DNA of 64,000 nucleotides from Nitrospirales bacterium (GTDB lineage Bacteria; Nitrospirota; Nitrospiria; Nitrospirales; UBA8639): NCBI GenBank assembly GCA_965203295.1, contig CBDBCZ010000016.1, positions 384,001 to 448,000 of the forward strand, read 5' to 3'. Shown piece by piece: positions 1 to 9,931 of this stretch (position 1 is its first letter; each line of letters starts with the position of its first letter). The notes under the pieces were generated by a model. It saw only the letters and a program-made list of their open reading frames with translations, ran no database searches and was not told where the DNA came from. The position numbers and the translations under genes were made by a program.

Positions 1-64
1 TGGGGAAACACTGTGCCTGTGTTCATGTTGCCTCATTCCAGCTCCTTTTCTTTATCCCTTACAG

Positions 65-2903
65 TCTCTACCAAAACCGGATATCAGACGAGGGAGGCAG
101 AGCCATCGCTGCAGCTCTGAGGGTCAACAAAAGCCTGACATTTCTATCGTAGGTTCACTGTAGTTACCTCTTGGACTTTGCCCTTTCAAGTTATGAAAAC
201 GTTGACCCCTCAAACGTGTATAGATGCAGACATATGAAATACTTACTTTGTGTTGGACCTATTGTAAGTTCAAAGTTGTTTACTCTTGGATTTGGCCTGA
301 TGACATAGCCAGGCCCTCTCCACTGTGTGTTGAATGGTCAGAGCACTTTATAGATCCAATTTGTGCTACACTAATACTGCTTCAAATCAGACATTGATTA
401 TTGCCATTTATGCCTTTTTCCAGTCTTAGTCACAATAAGCTATCTGAAAATGGGGCCAGTGCCATCGCTGCAGCTCTGAAAGTCAACGACAGTCTGACAA
501 AGCTGTAGTGAGTTGAATCATTGTTTGCTCTTGATTGCCCTTTCATGTTTACTGATGAACGGAAGCCTTACACAACTAGGATGCTACAAATGAGTTACAA
601 GTCCTGTAGAATTTAGTTGCTACCACTGCTTGATATTCCCCAGCCCTCAGGGCAAAAAGCAAAACTTCATAAGCACAGGTCAATAGTTTGTTTTTTTTTA
701 CCACAGTTGTGTCAATTACCAGTTACAGTATTTGGGGTGCGAGAGATTCATGGATCTATAAGGGTGGGGCCAGTATAAAATTAACTAGTGGTACACAGTA
801 TTCCATCTACAGTCTTGTGGGAATTCAGTTGCATTATTTTATGGAGCAAGACAGGCCTAGCTGGCTGCTCGGCTAACTTTAATTTTTGATCAGAGAATGG
901 CAGTCGTCACTCTCCTGCTGCCGAACCAGCCTTACCAACTGTTGAGTAACCTCTCATCAATGTGCCCTCTTTTCTTTGCCGCTGCATTATTTCTGTGTCA
1001 CTTCGCATGTAGCCTCCCTACACTGCTGTCTCTCTTTTAGTGTTGTACTGTAGCACAATATACTCTCTTTTAGAATGGTACTGGCTGTGGGAATGATATA
1101 AAAATGTCATATTGAAATTTATATTTCATTTTTATCTCCTGGAACAATTACAGCCTTCCTTTCTTTACTTCATGACTTGGGGAAGCACTGTGTCTATACC
1201 ACTGCTGCATCATTGCAGGACCCTTATTTTATCCATTCACAGTCTCTATAACAACCGGATATCAGACAAGGGGGGCCGAGCCATCGCGGCAGCTCTGAGG
1301 GTCAACAAACGCCTGACATCTCTAGAGTAGGTTCATTGTTGTTACCTCTTGCCCTTTTAAGTTAAGGAAAAGTAAACATGTATAAATTCACACATGACAT
1401 GCCTACTTTGTGTTGAGCCTGACAGAACTGTTGTGAGCTCAAAGTTGTTGGCGTTTTGACCTGATGACATAGCCTCATTCTAGGCCCTCCCCACTATGCA
1501 AAAAAGAGCAGGTCCTCTAGCCTTTCTCTACATACATGTATGCCATAAACTCTGGAGTACAAGTACCAGTACTTCTATTCAGAGATTGTGCATTTTTGTG
1601 GCACAGATTACGTGGGGTACTTCTAATTATGGGGTACTTTTCGATGAGATTACAAATACGGTAGTACAACAGCAAGCACATTAAACTGTAGTGTTTTCTT
1701 GACTTCACTGTACTCTGGGATTGTCGTAGTGCTGTTCTGACACGAGCGGTCTTTCTTTGTACTGAAGTGCATACCTACTCACAAGGCAGTTCTATGCCCC
1801 ACTGGCAGCCCATGCATACGCCTTCTGATGCAGACCTACATGTAGGGTGCACGCTTAGTTTGCTTAGTTGTTCGATGGTACTTACATATATATTCATTTG
1901 GGTACTTATATTTGCCTGGGTAGTACTATTAATAGCAACTGGTTTAATTGGTACTTACCGGTATATTCATAGGGTACTTGTATTTGATGGGTACTTATAC
2001 TTCAGAGTTTATGGTATGGCACCACATGTATGATTATACAACTTTTACAAACTATAAACTACTGCTAGATCCCCACACTGCCTAAACTTTCACTTGGTAG
2101 ATACTGAGCTACACAGATTGTGAACACTTGTGTCTCTTCACAGTGTGAATTACATGGGGATCACTTTTGGGTGAGACCTCCCTCCCTGATGTGATCTTGC
2201 AGTTGTTACAGTCCAGAAAATAAAACTCAAATGTCTTTGTATAAAATATGTAGTTCATTAAGTGCTACAAGTTTTTTGAGTGTCCCTGTCTGCAGAGAGA
2301 TGACAGAATTTAATTAGTAGATGCAGTCGCTTTCCATACAGCAAATCCTTTACACTGCAGAGTGACCTGGGAATGAACATCTCGTACAAATGTGGTTATA
2401 TAATGTATCACATTATAAGTATAAGGTGTGCACATGTACATCGTGTGCTCACTCAGTAATTTTCTAGTGTTGCATTATTCTTTTTATCTCCTCACAGTCT
2501 TGATAACAACCAGATATCAGATGAGGGAGGCAGAGCCATCGCTGCAGCTCTGAGGGTCAACAAGAGCCTAACAATACTACGGTAGGTCCACTGTTGTTAG
2601 CTGTTGTTGCTACTTATACATTGAAAATAGATCCTGACAAGTTGTACCTCTGTACACAAAAGGTTTGATTAGTAATCTACAAAACAAAATTTGGAAATAT
2701 TTTGGCATCCCGTTCTGAGTATTGCAATTTGAATGAAGTAGCTATATAATAATGAGTAGTGACAGTGTGCATGCAGTGGTTTGTCTTGCCAGAGACTGAC
2801 AGCAACATTTTACCTCATTCTCAGGCTCCGTGGGAACTATGGCATCAGCTCAGCGATGAGAGGACAGCTCCAAAAGGAATCCAAAGGAAGAGTAGACTGT
2901 TAA
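65..2903 (+). CDS. 3' part of an NLR-like (NLRC3/ribonuclease-inhibitor-type) leucine-rich-repeat gene; 5' part lies outside the window
   Basis: Four 84-bp phase-2 exons with AG/GT sites at 65-148, 424-507, 1243-1326 and 2498-2581, each encoding one 28-aa RI-type LRR (e.g. LYNNRISDKGGRAIAAALRVNKRLTSL). In-frame terminal exon 2825-2903 (LRGNYGISSAMRGQLQKESKGRVDC*). No NACHT domain is visible, so NLR identity is inferred. Confidence 0.85.
1543..2014. mobile_element. MITE (Tc1/mariner-pogo-like) in an LRR intron
   Basis: Imperfect TIRs ccataaactctggagtacaagtacc / ggtacttatacttcagagtttatgg; TA on the right, TG on the left. Confidence 0.6.
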
Positions 2904-3684
2904 CTGAGCATTTTAATTATTGTACAACTATAATTATACAGCATGGCATTGTATTCCACAGTGGTTTCTAGTAAGTTTTAGTCCACATTAAAATCTTGTT
3001 TCTTTTTGTCCAGTGCTTATACATGTAGTACTTATACAGATGTAAATGTGCTGAATTATATTTATGCAGTATAATAATAGATGGCCTTTAAAGGTCATAG
3101 GAAAGTATACTTACGATGGGAACGTTTTCACATTCTGTCCCTGAGTACTAGTGATACCAACATTCAGAACATTAAAATGCCAGAAAGCCGTGATGGATGA
3201 AACAATCTCCCGAATCAGATTATTTACGTTGGTGTATATGGGGTATCCAATGTTGATGTTCCTCTGGATCCTGCTTCGACATGAGTTGACAGTTGTGGGT
3301 GGAATGGGGTTCTGGTATGGAAGAGTCTGATTTCTTAAATTGCTTGTGGTATGGGAACTTCTGCATGCAGGTCTACGGACATTGTCATTGATCTCCAAGT
3401 AAAGCTCATTGTATTCTTGTTAGGGTATAGTGCACCTCTGATGGTAGTGGTGAAAAGTCCCCAGTCGTAGCAAAATATCCTGGTTTATATTTCTTGCAAA
3501 AAGGACAGATGCTCAAGGTGTATAAAATGCGTATAGTCCCTCCTCTCTGGGATGTATCCTCAAAATATCTCTGCTGACATCAGGATCATGAAATGTGACC
3601 TCACATATGCTGAGGTACATACATGTGGCATACACACACACATACATGACACACAACTGCACACACACACACACACAGGCATAC

Positions 3685-3960
3685 ACAATGATCCAAGCGC
3701 ACTCCCATGATTTGACCGCACTCATGGCACTAGCTGTTGTCTGAGTGCACTCATTCTATCTCTATCAGTGCACTAGCAATTACATTGAAGTGCACTCTCA
3801 TGATCCAAATGCACTGAACTGCACTTGCACTTGGATCATGGGGTGCACTTGGATGAATGGAGTGCACTTAGATAATCGGAGTGCACTTAGATCTTGGAAG
3901 TGCACTTGGATTATGGCAGTGCACTCCCATGATGCAGTGCAGAGCACTCAAGTGCACTCC
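3685..3960. repeat. Degenerate ~18-bp GTGCAC-containing minisatellite with units in both orientations
   Basis: Repeated gtgcacttggat...g units at 3820-3930 and reverse-complement units (atgatccaa..gcact) at 3689-3815. Confidence 0.55.
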
Positions 3961-4390
3961 CTTATGATTCATGTCTCATCATTTTGCAGGTACCAAGTAT
4001 TCTCTCTACATTTATATATGCTGTTAACTAAGCTAAGTCACTGCCTTTACAGTATCCAAAAGACTGTGTATGCCTACTACAAAACAACCAACACACCCAC
4101 CCACACAATCATGGGTTGAATATCCATGACGAAAAAGATTCCACCCAGCACCTTCAAAGTGAAGAACATGTATGACTATGGAGGTCACTTCCACTAATTA
4201 GCACTTCCAGTTGTATAGTATTGGTTAGAGTGGTTAGTCTCGTGCAGGGGAAAGAATATTGGACGACGTTTAGGAGTTTCAAACATTATCGAAAGAGGTG
4301 AATAGAATTACACAACCAACACAGAATGGGAGTGAAATGTAATACCATTATGTACAACACAGGTACAATACAATGCCCTGCAATGCAAAA

Positions 4391-6397
4391 TTACAACATT
4401 AATGCAATGTCAGTAAGTTCAAACTCTTGATTGCGCAATTTTGAAACAATTTTGTCTTTACCCTGGAAATTACATTTCTCCAGGATGACAGAAAGAGCAT
4501 ATCGATCATGTTCCTTTCGTCTGGGCAAACGAGCCATTGCATCTTGATGGCGCTCAACTATACCTATATGATTATACGTACCAGGGTAATTTGTGCCTTC
4601 TTTGTCAGTATGCATACGGTCGAAGTCTATCATCCAGGCTTCTTGGCCAGCACTACTGAATAGAAGGTTCTGCTTTCTAATGTCACTGTGAACGTAGCCT
4701 TCGTCATGAAGCTTGCCAAGGTCACGAATGATGTCTCGAAAGTGCTGTAGTTGCTGGGGGTCGTGGTCTCCTCTTATGTAACTATACTTCAGACACTGAA
4801 CACGTCCCTGCGTATCAAGGTTCTTCAATGACATACCAGGTAGGTAGTCTGTATGAATCGAAGTCATTGCATCATAGAAATTAGGTGAGAAGCGCCGGTG
4901 CTCACTGTCATACATTTTATACACAATTTTCTTGTCGGCAGAGCGAAACAAGCGACAATCCCTTTTATTCGTAATCCAATCACAGACCTCACCACCAAAC
5001 AGTGGTACCATGGTAGGAGGAGTGTCTGAGATGAAGAGGTGCTGTTTCTGAAGAAGAGTATGAACCGCTCCGAACAAGACAGCAAAGAAAGCATGACAAT
5101 CACAAGCGGGAGAAAACTGAAAACCGATTTCGCAGACTTCTATTTGGTATACATACCCATCACTGGCCACATAGACAAACAGTTTAGCTTCATCGCTTGT
5201 AAAAGATAATCCAAGCTTTGTTGTCCAAGTGCTGTTTCCAGTAGACACTGATTCGATAAGGTAGCCAGCTGTCTCCCTTCTCGCCATGCTCAAATCACAG
5301 AACTTGTAGACACCCAACAATACTGGATACATAGGACATTCATCACACAATCCAGAGACATACAAGTCATGATGATGAATTGTACCCTTGTTGTTTTTGG
5401 TTGGAAACTGATGCATACACGCACCTGCAGAGATGTTATTGTCAGGAAACCAAAACCGGTTAAGTGCACGAGCAAAGCATGCGGCTAATGTGAGTTCACA
5501 CGTTCTCACATCGCCATCGAAGATATCAGGACTATCTGGAAATGAGCACACGTTCAAGAAAGCTGTGGCTATGATCTCCAAGGACTGAACTGGAATGGTA
5601 TGCTGCATTCCAGCAAGCACACACTGGACCTGTCGTGCTTCTTGGGCCTTCTGGATGAGATGAAACTGGTTGTATACAATTCCAATGCAAACCAGTGAGC
5701 AAACAGTGGTGCGTCATGGACCGTGCTGGCAACAAACGAATCTGATTTACGACCGAAGTCCGACGGGCAGAGATTTCCAAGAGTTGGCAGAGTACCTATA
5801 ATATGTATGCAAATAGGACGATTTGCTTAACTTTTACTTTGAACAAAGAGCATGCAGGTGCCCCCAATACTATGTGCATCTCAGCAGGTACATGTGTACA
5901 TTAGCGATGCTGATAGCCTGAGGTTACACAGGACACATCTAACCTTACTTTCACAAGGCATTTGGTCACATGAGCCTCTACCTTACCCTAACCAAGGCAT
6001 TTAATTCCATTTTCCTGATTAGAGGGGCTACATTGTTCACTATTACAATACCTATTACAATACCTAAGTAAGTGTAGGAACAGTAGTAATGTATGGACGA
6101 TAATTATTAAAGGTACTCACCTACACGTACTTTTATCTTCTTATGCCTTATATGCAGCAAGAGAGGCTTGTCATCACTCGTCGCAGTCACATAGTGACTC
6201 ACTGAGGTACCAGGCTGCACCTTATTTCCACCAAAGGTCACAGACACCCGGTTAGGATGAACAATTTCCTGTGCCTTACGAAGGGCGGCTTCAACTATAT
6301 CTTGAATTTCAATACAATTGTCCACCGACACTTCCATTAGAATCTCATCTTCATCATCAAAGCAAACCCACACCTTCTGTGTCATGTGTTCTGCCAT
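4391..6397 (-). pseudogene. Crinkler-like effector gene: ubiquitin-like header, middle domain (possibly REase fold), C-terminal protein kinase domain; apparent frameshift
   Basis: Exon 1 6397-6121 (MAEHMTQKVWVCFDDEDE...PLLLHI, donor GTGAGT). Exon 2 starts at 5795 (acceptor TATAG) and reads GTLPTLGNLCPSDFGRK...FALELY, then needs a 2-nt shift near 5675 to join ORF 4391-5620. That ORF has kinase motifs VYKMY, HSDIRKQNLLF, IDFD and a distal HDRYAL. Confidence 0.65.
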
Positions 6398-6859
6398 TAT
6401 CCTGTTATGTGAGAAAGAGGTGAGAGTAGTGAGGGAATAAAGTTAGTCACTATCCAGAACACTCCTTGCCCAGGATGGTCTCAGTAAACGCACTGCGCTG
6501 TGATTTGTATATAGCTACTCTGTAATGCATTGGGCTGTGATGTGTAGGAAGTCTGTGAACCCATTGCGGTGTAGGTTAATTAGCTTGCTTCCTTTGTTTT
6601 TGTGGAAATACATCCCTACATGAATTTTTTTGCACTTTTTGGTGAAGTTGTATATAGCTCAGGGTGGACAACTAACTGAATTTGGACTATTTGGAAGCGA
6701 TCCACTGAGAAATAGCTCAGATTTGCTGTTCACTCCGATTCCAAAAATGGATGATTATAGACCATCTATAACCATCCATGATTTTTTCAGATCATGCCAA
6801 AATCATCCAATTTTGGATGATTTTAGCATATATTTTTCTATAGGGATGCTAATCCTTCA

Positions 6860-7507
6860 ATAATCATCCAATTTTGGATGATTTATGCCATCCATTTTTG
6901 GATGATTTATTAAACTTTAACCAAGCATCCAATTTTGGATGATTTATGCCATCTATTTTTGGATGATTTATTAAACTTGAAGGGAACATCCAATTTTGGG
7001 TGATTTAGGCCATCCATTTTTGGATGATTTATTAAACTTTAACCAAGCATCCAATTTTGGATGATTTATGCCATCCATTTTTGGATGATTTATTAAACTT
7101 GAAGGGAACTTCCAATTTTGGGTGATTTAGGCCATCCATTTTTGGATGATTTATTAAACTTGAAGGGAACATCCAATTTTGGATGATTTAGGCATTCCAT
7201 TTTTGAATGATTTATTAAACTTGAAGGGAACATCCAATTTTGGATGATTTAGGCATTCCATTTTTGGATGATTTATTAAACTTGAAGGGAACATCCAATT
7301 TTGGGTGATTTAGGCCATCCATTTTTGGATGATTTATTAAACTTTAACCAAGCATCCAATTTTGGATGATTTATGCCATCCATTTTTGAATGATTTATTA
7401 AACTTGAAGGGAACATCCAATTTTGGATGATTTAGGCATTCCATTTTTGGATGATTTATTAAACTTGAAGGGAACATCCAATTTTGGGTGATTTAGGCCA
7501 TCCATTT
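6860..7507. repeat. 61-bp tandem satellite, ~10 units, built from CATCCAA-TT-TTGGATG hairpin subunits
   Basis: TAAAC anchor recurs at 6911, 6972, 7033 ... 7460. Two unit variants (ctttaaccaag / cttgaagggaa). Confidence 0.95.
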
Positions 7508-7700
7508 CGCGTATTCGAGTACGGTCTCGCGCGTGACGTCACATCCGTTACACACGGACGGACGGACAGAACTAACGTTAAAGTATTGATTGATGATGAT
7601 TGATGATGATACATATAAACGCTAGCTGAGATTGTTGAGCCCATAGCACGCAATTATTGGCCTCGCTGCGCTCGGCAATTATCACTTCATTAGTCTCAAG

Positions 7701-9236
7701 ATGCCGTTTGGAAAGGATGCGCTGACTGAAGAGAATCTCTACCAAATTGTGGAGACTCTAGCGGAACTGCGCAAAAACCCTGAAGTTTTGCAAAATATCA
7801 GGCAGTACGCAACGTCGTGTGCTAGTTGGGGAGAAATATTGTCTGAGTTGTTGGTGAAACCTCGCCTGTTGTATGCTCGTCAAGGGTATCCTGGGGAACA
7901 GAAAGTGCCGTTCGAGGAGATTGCACAGGAACTACGAAAAGGCAATGCAGTAATCGTAAGTGTGAAGCTGCCCAATCAGTATAAAGGTTCGGACCACTGC
8001 TTTACCCTCGAGCCGAAAATCGGAGGAAGGGCACGGGTTCTCCACGCTTGGCAGGACATGCATACTTTACGGGCTGAGGAAGCCATGCCGATTGACGAGT
8101 TGGTTGGTTTGCTGAAAGGCTTGGACCTGGAATTACGGCCAGAAAATGTCCCCAAATTGAAGGAAATCCGAGGTAAGCTCTGGGGATCAGACCACGCAGA
8201 CCCAGGCACGATTGGAGAGCAGTCGGCGAGAAGGAAAATCAGTTTTGACACTGTCATAAGCGGCAAACCGAAGCTTCCGCTTGAGTTCAGTGAAAACCTG
8301 AATGACCTGGGTAAGAAGCTGGTTGGATTCTCCGAGGAAGTGAAGCCTGTACCCCGCGTGCAGGGACCGAAACAATTCGCAAAGGCTAAACCGTGGGCAA
8401 AGGCTGCTGGTTATGGTGGACTCCTAGGTGCTGGTTTGGGTTTTGTGTTTGCAGCTGGGGGAGTGCTGTTGACTGATGAAAGTGAAGGCAAGTGGAAGAA
8501 TGCCGCCATAGAAGGAGGGAAGGGTGCATTGGGAGGGGCAATTGGGGGTGCTGTTGGTGGAGCAGCCGCAAAGGGCTTGGCGCCAACATTCGCCCGATTG
8601 GGAGTGTCTGTGTTTCGTGCAAATATCCTTGCAGGGGTCGCAATGTCTGGCGTGTTCGCAATTTGGGACGTCGGCCAGTGGGCGGCAAACAATATAACAG
8701 CAGTAGACCTGCGCAAAAGAGTTGCAGCGAATTTGGGGGGAGCAGCAGGCGGTATTGGTGGAGATATTCTTGCTGGGATAGCAGGAGGAGCTGGTGGAGG
8801 ATTTTTTTTTGGCCCCATCGGGGCAGCGGTTGGTGGAGTTGTTGGTGGGATCACTGGCGGCGTAGCTGCAGGAATTGGAGGGGCCTTTGGCGGACTGGCC
8901 CTCGACAGGGCGATATGGAACGAGGACGAAGACTCTGTTATGAACAGCTACGAGTTTTTCGGATGGCGTTCTGTTCGGCGCCCTCAACGACCTGTAAAGA
9001 CTGCAAAGGAAATAGTGGATGCCTACACGAAGAAATTGAAGGACAAACCAAAAGAGGTCATTGACGACGAATGGGCAACCTTTTGCACGGCAACCCTTAT
9101 GGTGTTGCTACGAGCTATGTACCCAGAATTTGTGGAGCTACTAGAGATGGCTAAGAAACTCCGCGAGAATGAAAACGATGGCGTTCCCATCATTGGCACT
9201 GCAATGTTTGCATCGCTATCACGTAAACAGGTATAA
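7701..9236 (+). CDS. Intronless 511-aa toxin/effector-like protein: putative papain-fold Cys-His domain, glycine-zipper membrane region, degenerate DnaJ-like tail
   Basis: Uninterrupted ATG-TAA ORF. N-terminal motifs ATSCASW, SDHCFTLE, RVLHAWQD; long GxxxG runs (GALGGAIGGAVGGAAA; GGAAGGIGG...GAAVGGVVGGITGG); tail NSYEFFG...AKEIVDAYTKK...EWATF. Confidence 0.85.
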   Translation: MPFGKDALTEENLYQIVETLAELRKNPEVLQNIRQYATSCASWGEILSELLVKPRLLYARQGYPGEQKVPFEEIAQELRKGNAVIVSVKLPNQYKGSDHCFTLEPKIGGRARVLHAWQDMHTLRAEEAMPIDELVGLLKGLDLELRPENVPKLKEIRGKLWGSDHADPGTIGEQSARRKISFDTVISGKPKLPLEFSENLNDLGKKLVGFSEEVKPVPRVQGPKQFAKAKPWAKAAGYGGLLGAGLGFVFAAGGVLLTDESEGKWKNAAIEGGKGALGGAIGGAVGGAAAKGLAPTFARLGVSVFRANILAGVAMSGVFAIWDVGQWAANNITAVDLRKRVAANLGGAAGGIGGDILAGIAGGAGGGFFFGPIGAAVGGVVGGITGGVAAGIGGAFGGLALDRAIWNEDEDSVMNSYEFFGWRSVRRPQRPVKTAKEIVDAYTKKLKDKPKEVIDDEWATFCTATLMVLLRAMYPEFVELLEMAKKLRENENDGVPIIGTAMFASLSRKQV

Positions 9237-9802
9237 CTAGCTCCTGCTATCTTTGTAACGATCGAAATTAATATTAAGTATGGTATACCGTAACCGTAGT
9301 AGTAGTCTAGCATGTTAGCTGTGTGTGTATATAATATATCATATCCTGTATTAGCATACTCTTCCTGTTGCACTGTCATTCTTTTGAGTCCTGTATTAGC
9401 ATACTCTTCTGTTCACTGTCATTCTTTTGAGTCCTGTGTATATATAAGCAGCTCTGCTGCTTTTTGCATAGCGATATTATTGTTAATACCGTCGGCTATC
9501 AGCCAACGCATGCAGTCTTCTTGCGTATTCTCGCGCAATCACATTCTATTAGATGACGTCACATCCGTGACACACAGACAGACAGACAGAACTAACGCCA
9601 AAGTATTGATGATATGTGTGTGCATGTACGTAATATTTTCTACCCTACAGCAAGTTGTTTTTTTTTTTTTTGGCTGAAGTTTACGTATTGACCAGTGGGT
9701 TGTTGTTTGAGGTCAAATGAGTGAACATAACGAAGAGCCAAGTTGGTGTGTGTGTGTCTGGAGGAGTTCACCAAGAATGCAGAAAAAAAAATGAGCAATT
9801 GA

Positions 9803-9931
9803 ATCACTACTTATTCTTGGTTAAAGATAGAAACCAATTCTGCTGATCACTACTTATTCTTGGTTAAAGATAGAAACCAATTCTGCTGATCACTACTTAT
9901 TCTTGGTTAAAGATAGAAACCAATTCTGCTG
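9803..9931. repeat. 43-bp tandem repeat, 3 copies
   Basis: atcactacttattcttggttaaagatagaaaccaattctgctg at 9803, 9846 and 9889. It lies within a larger imperfect duplication, ~9686-10090 vs ~10443-10960. Confidence 0.9.

Noticed and set aside
3111..3600. Possible minus-strand exon (donor-like GTAAGT at 3114)
   Set aside because: Contains stops and no recognisable domain; a product cannot be supported.
6860..7507. CRISPR-like array (palindromic repeats)
   Set aside because: Spacers are not unique (two recurring variants), no cas genes, eukaryotic context; it is a satellite.
7976..9379. Antisense and alternative-frame ORFs over the 511-aa gene
   Set aside because: Shadow ORFs of a Gly-rich, GC-rich coding sequence.
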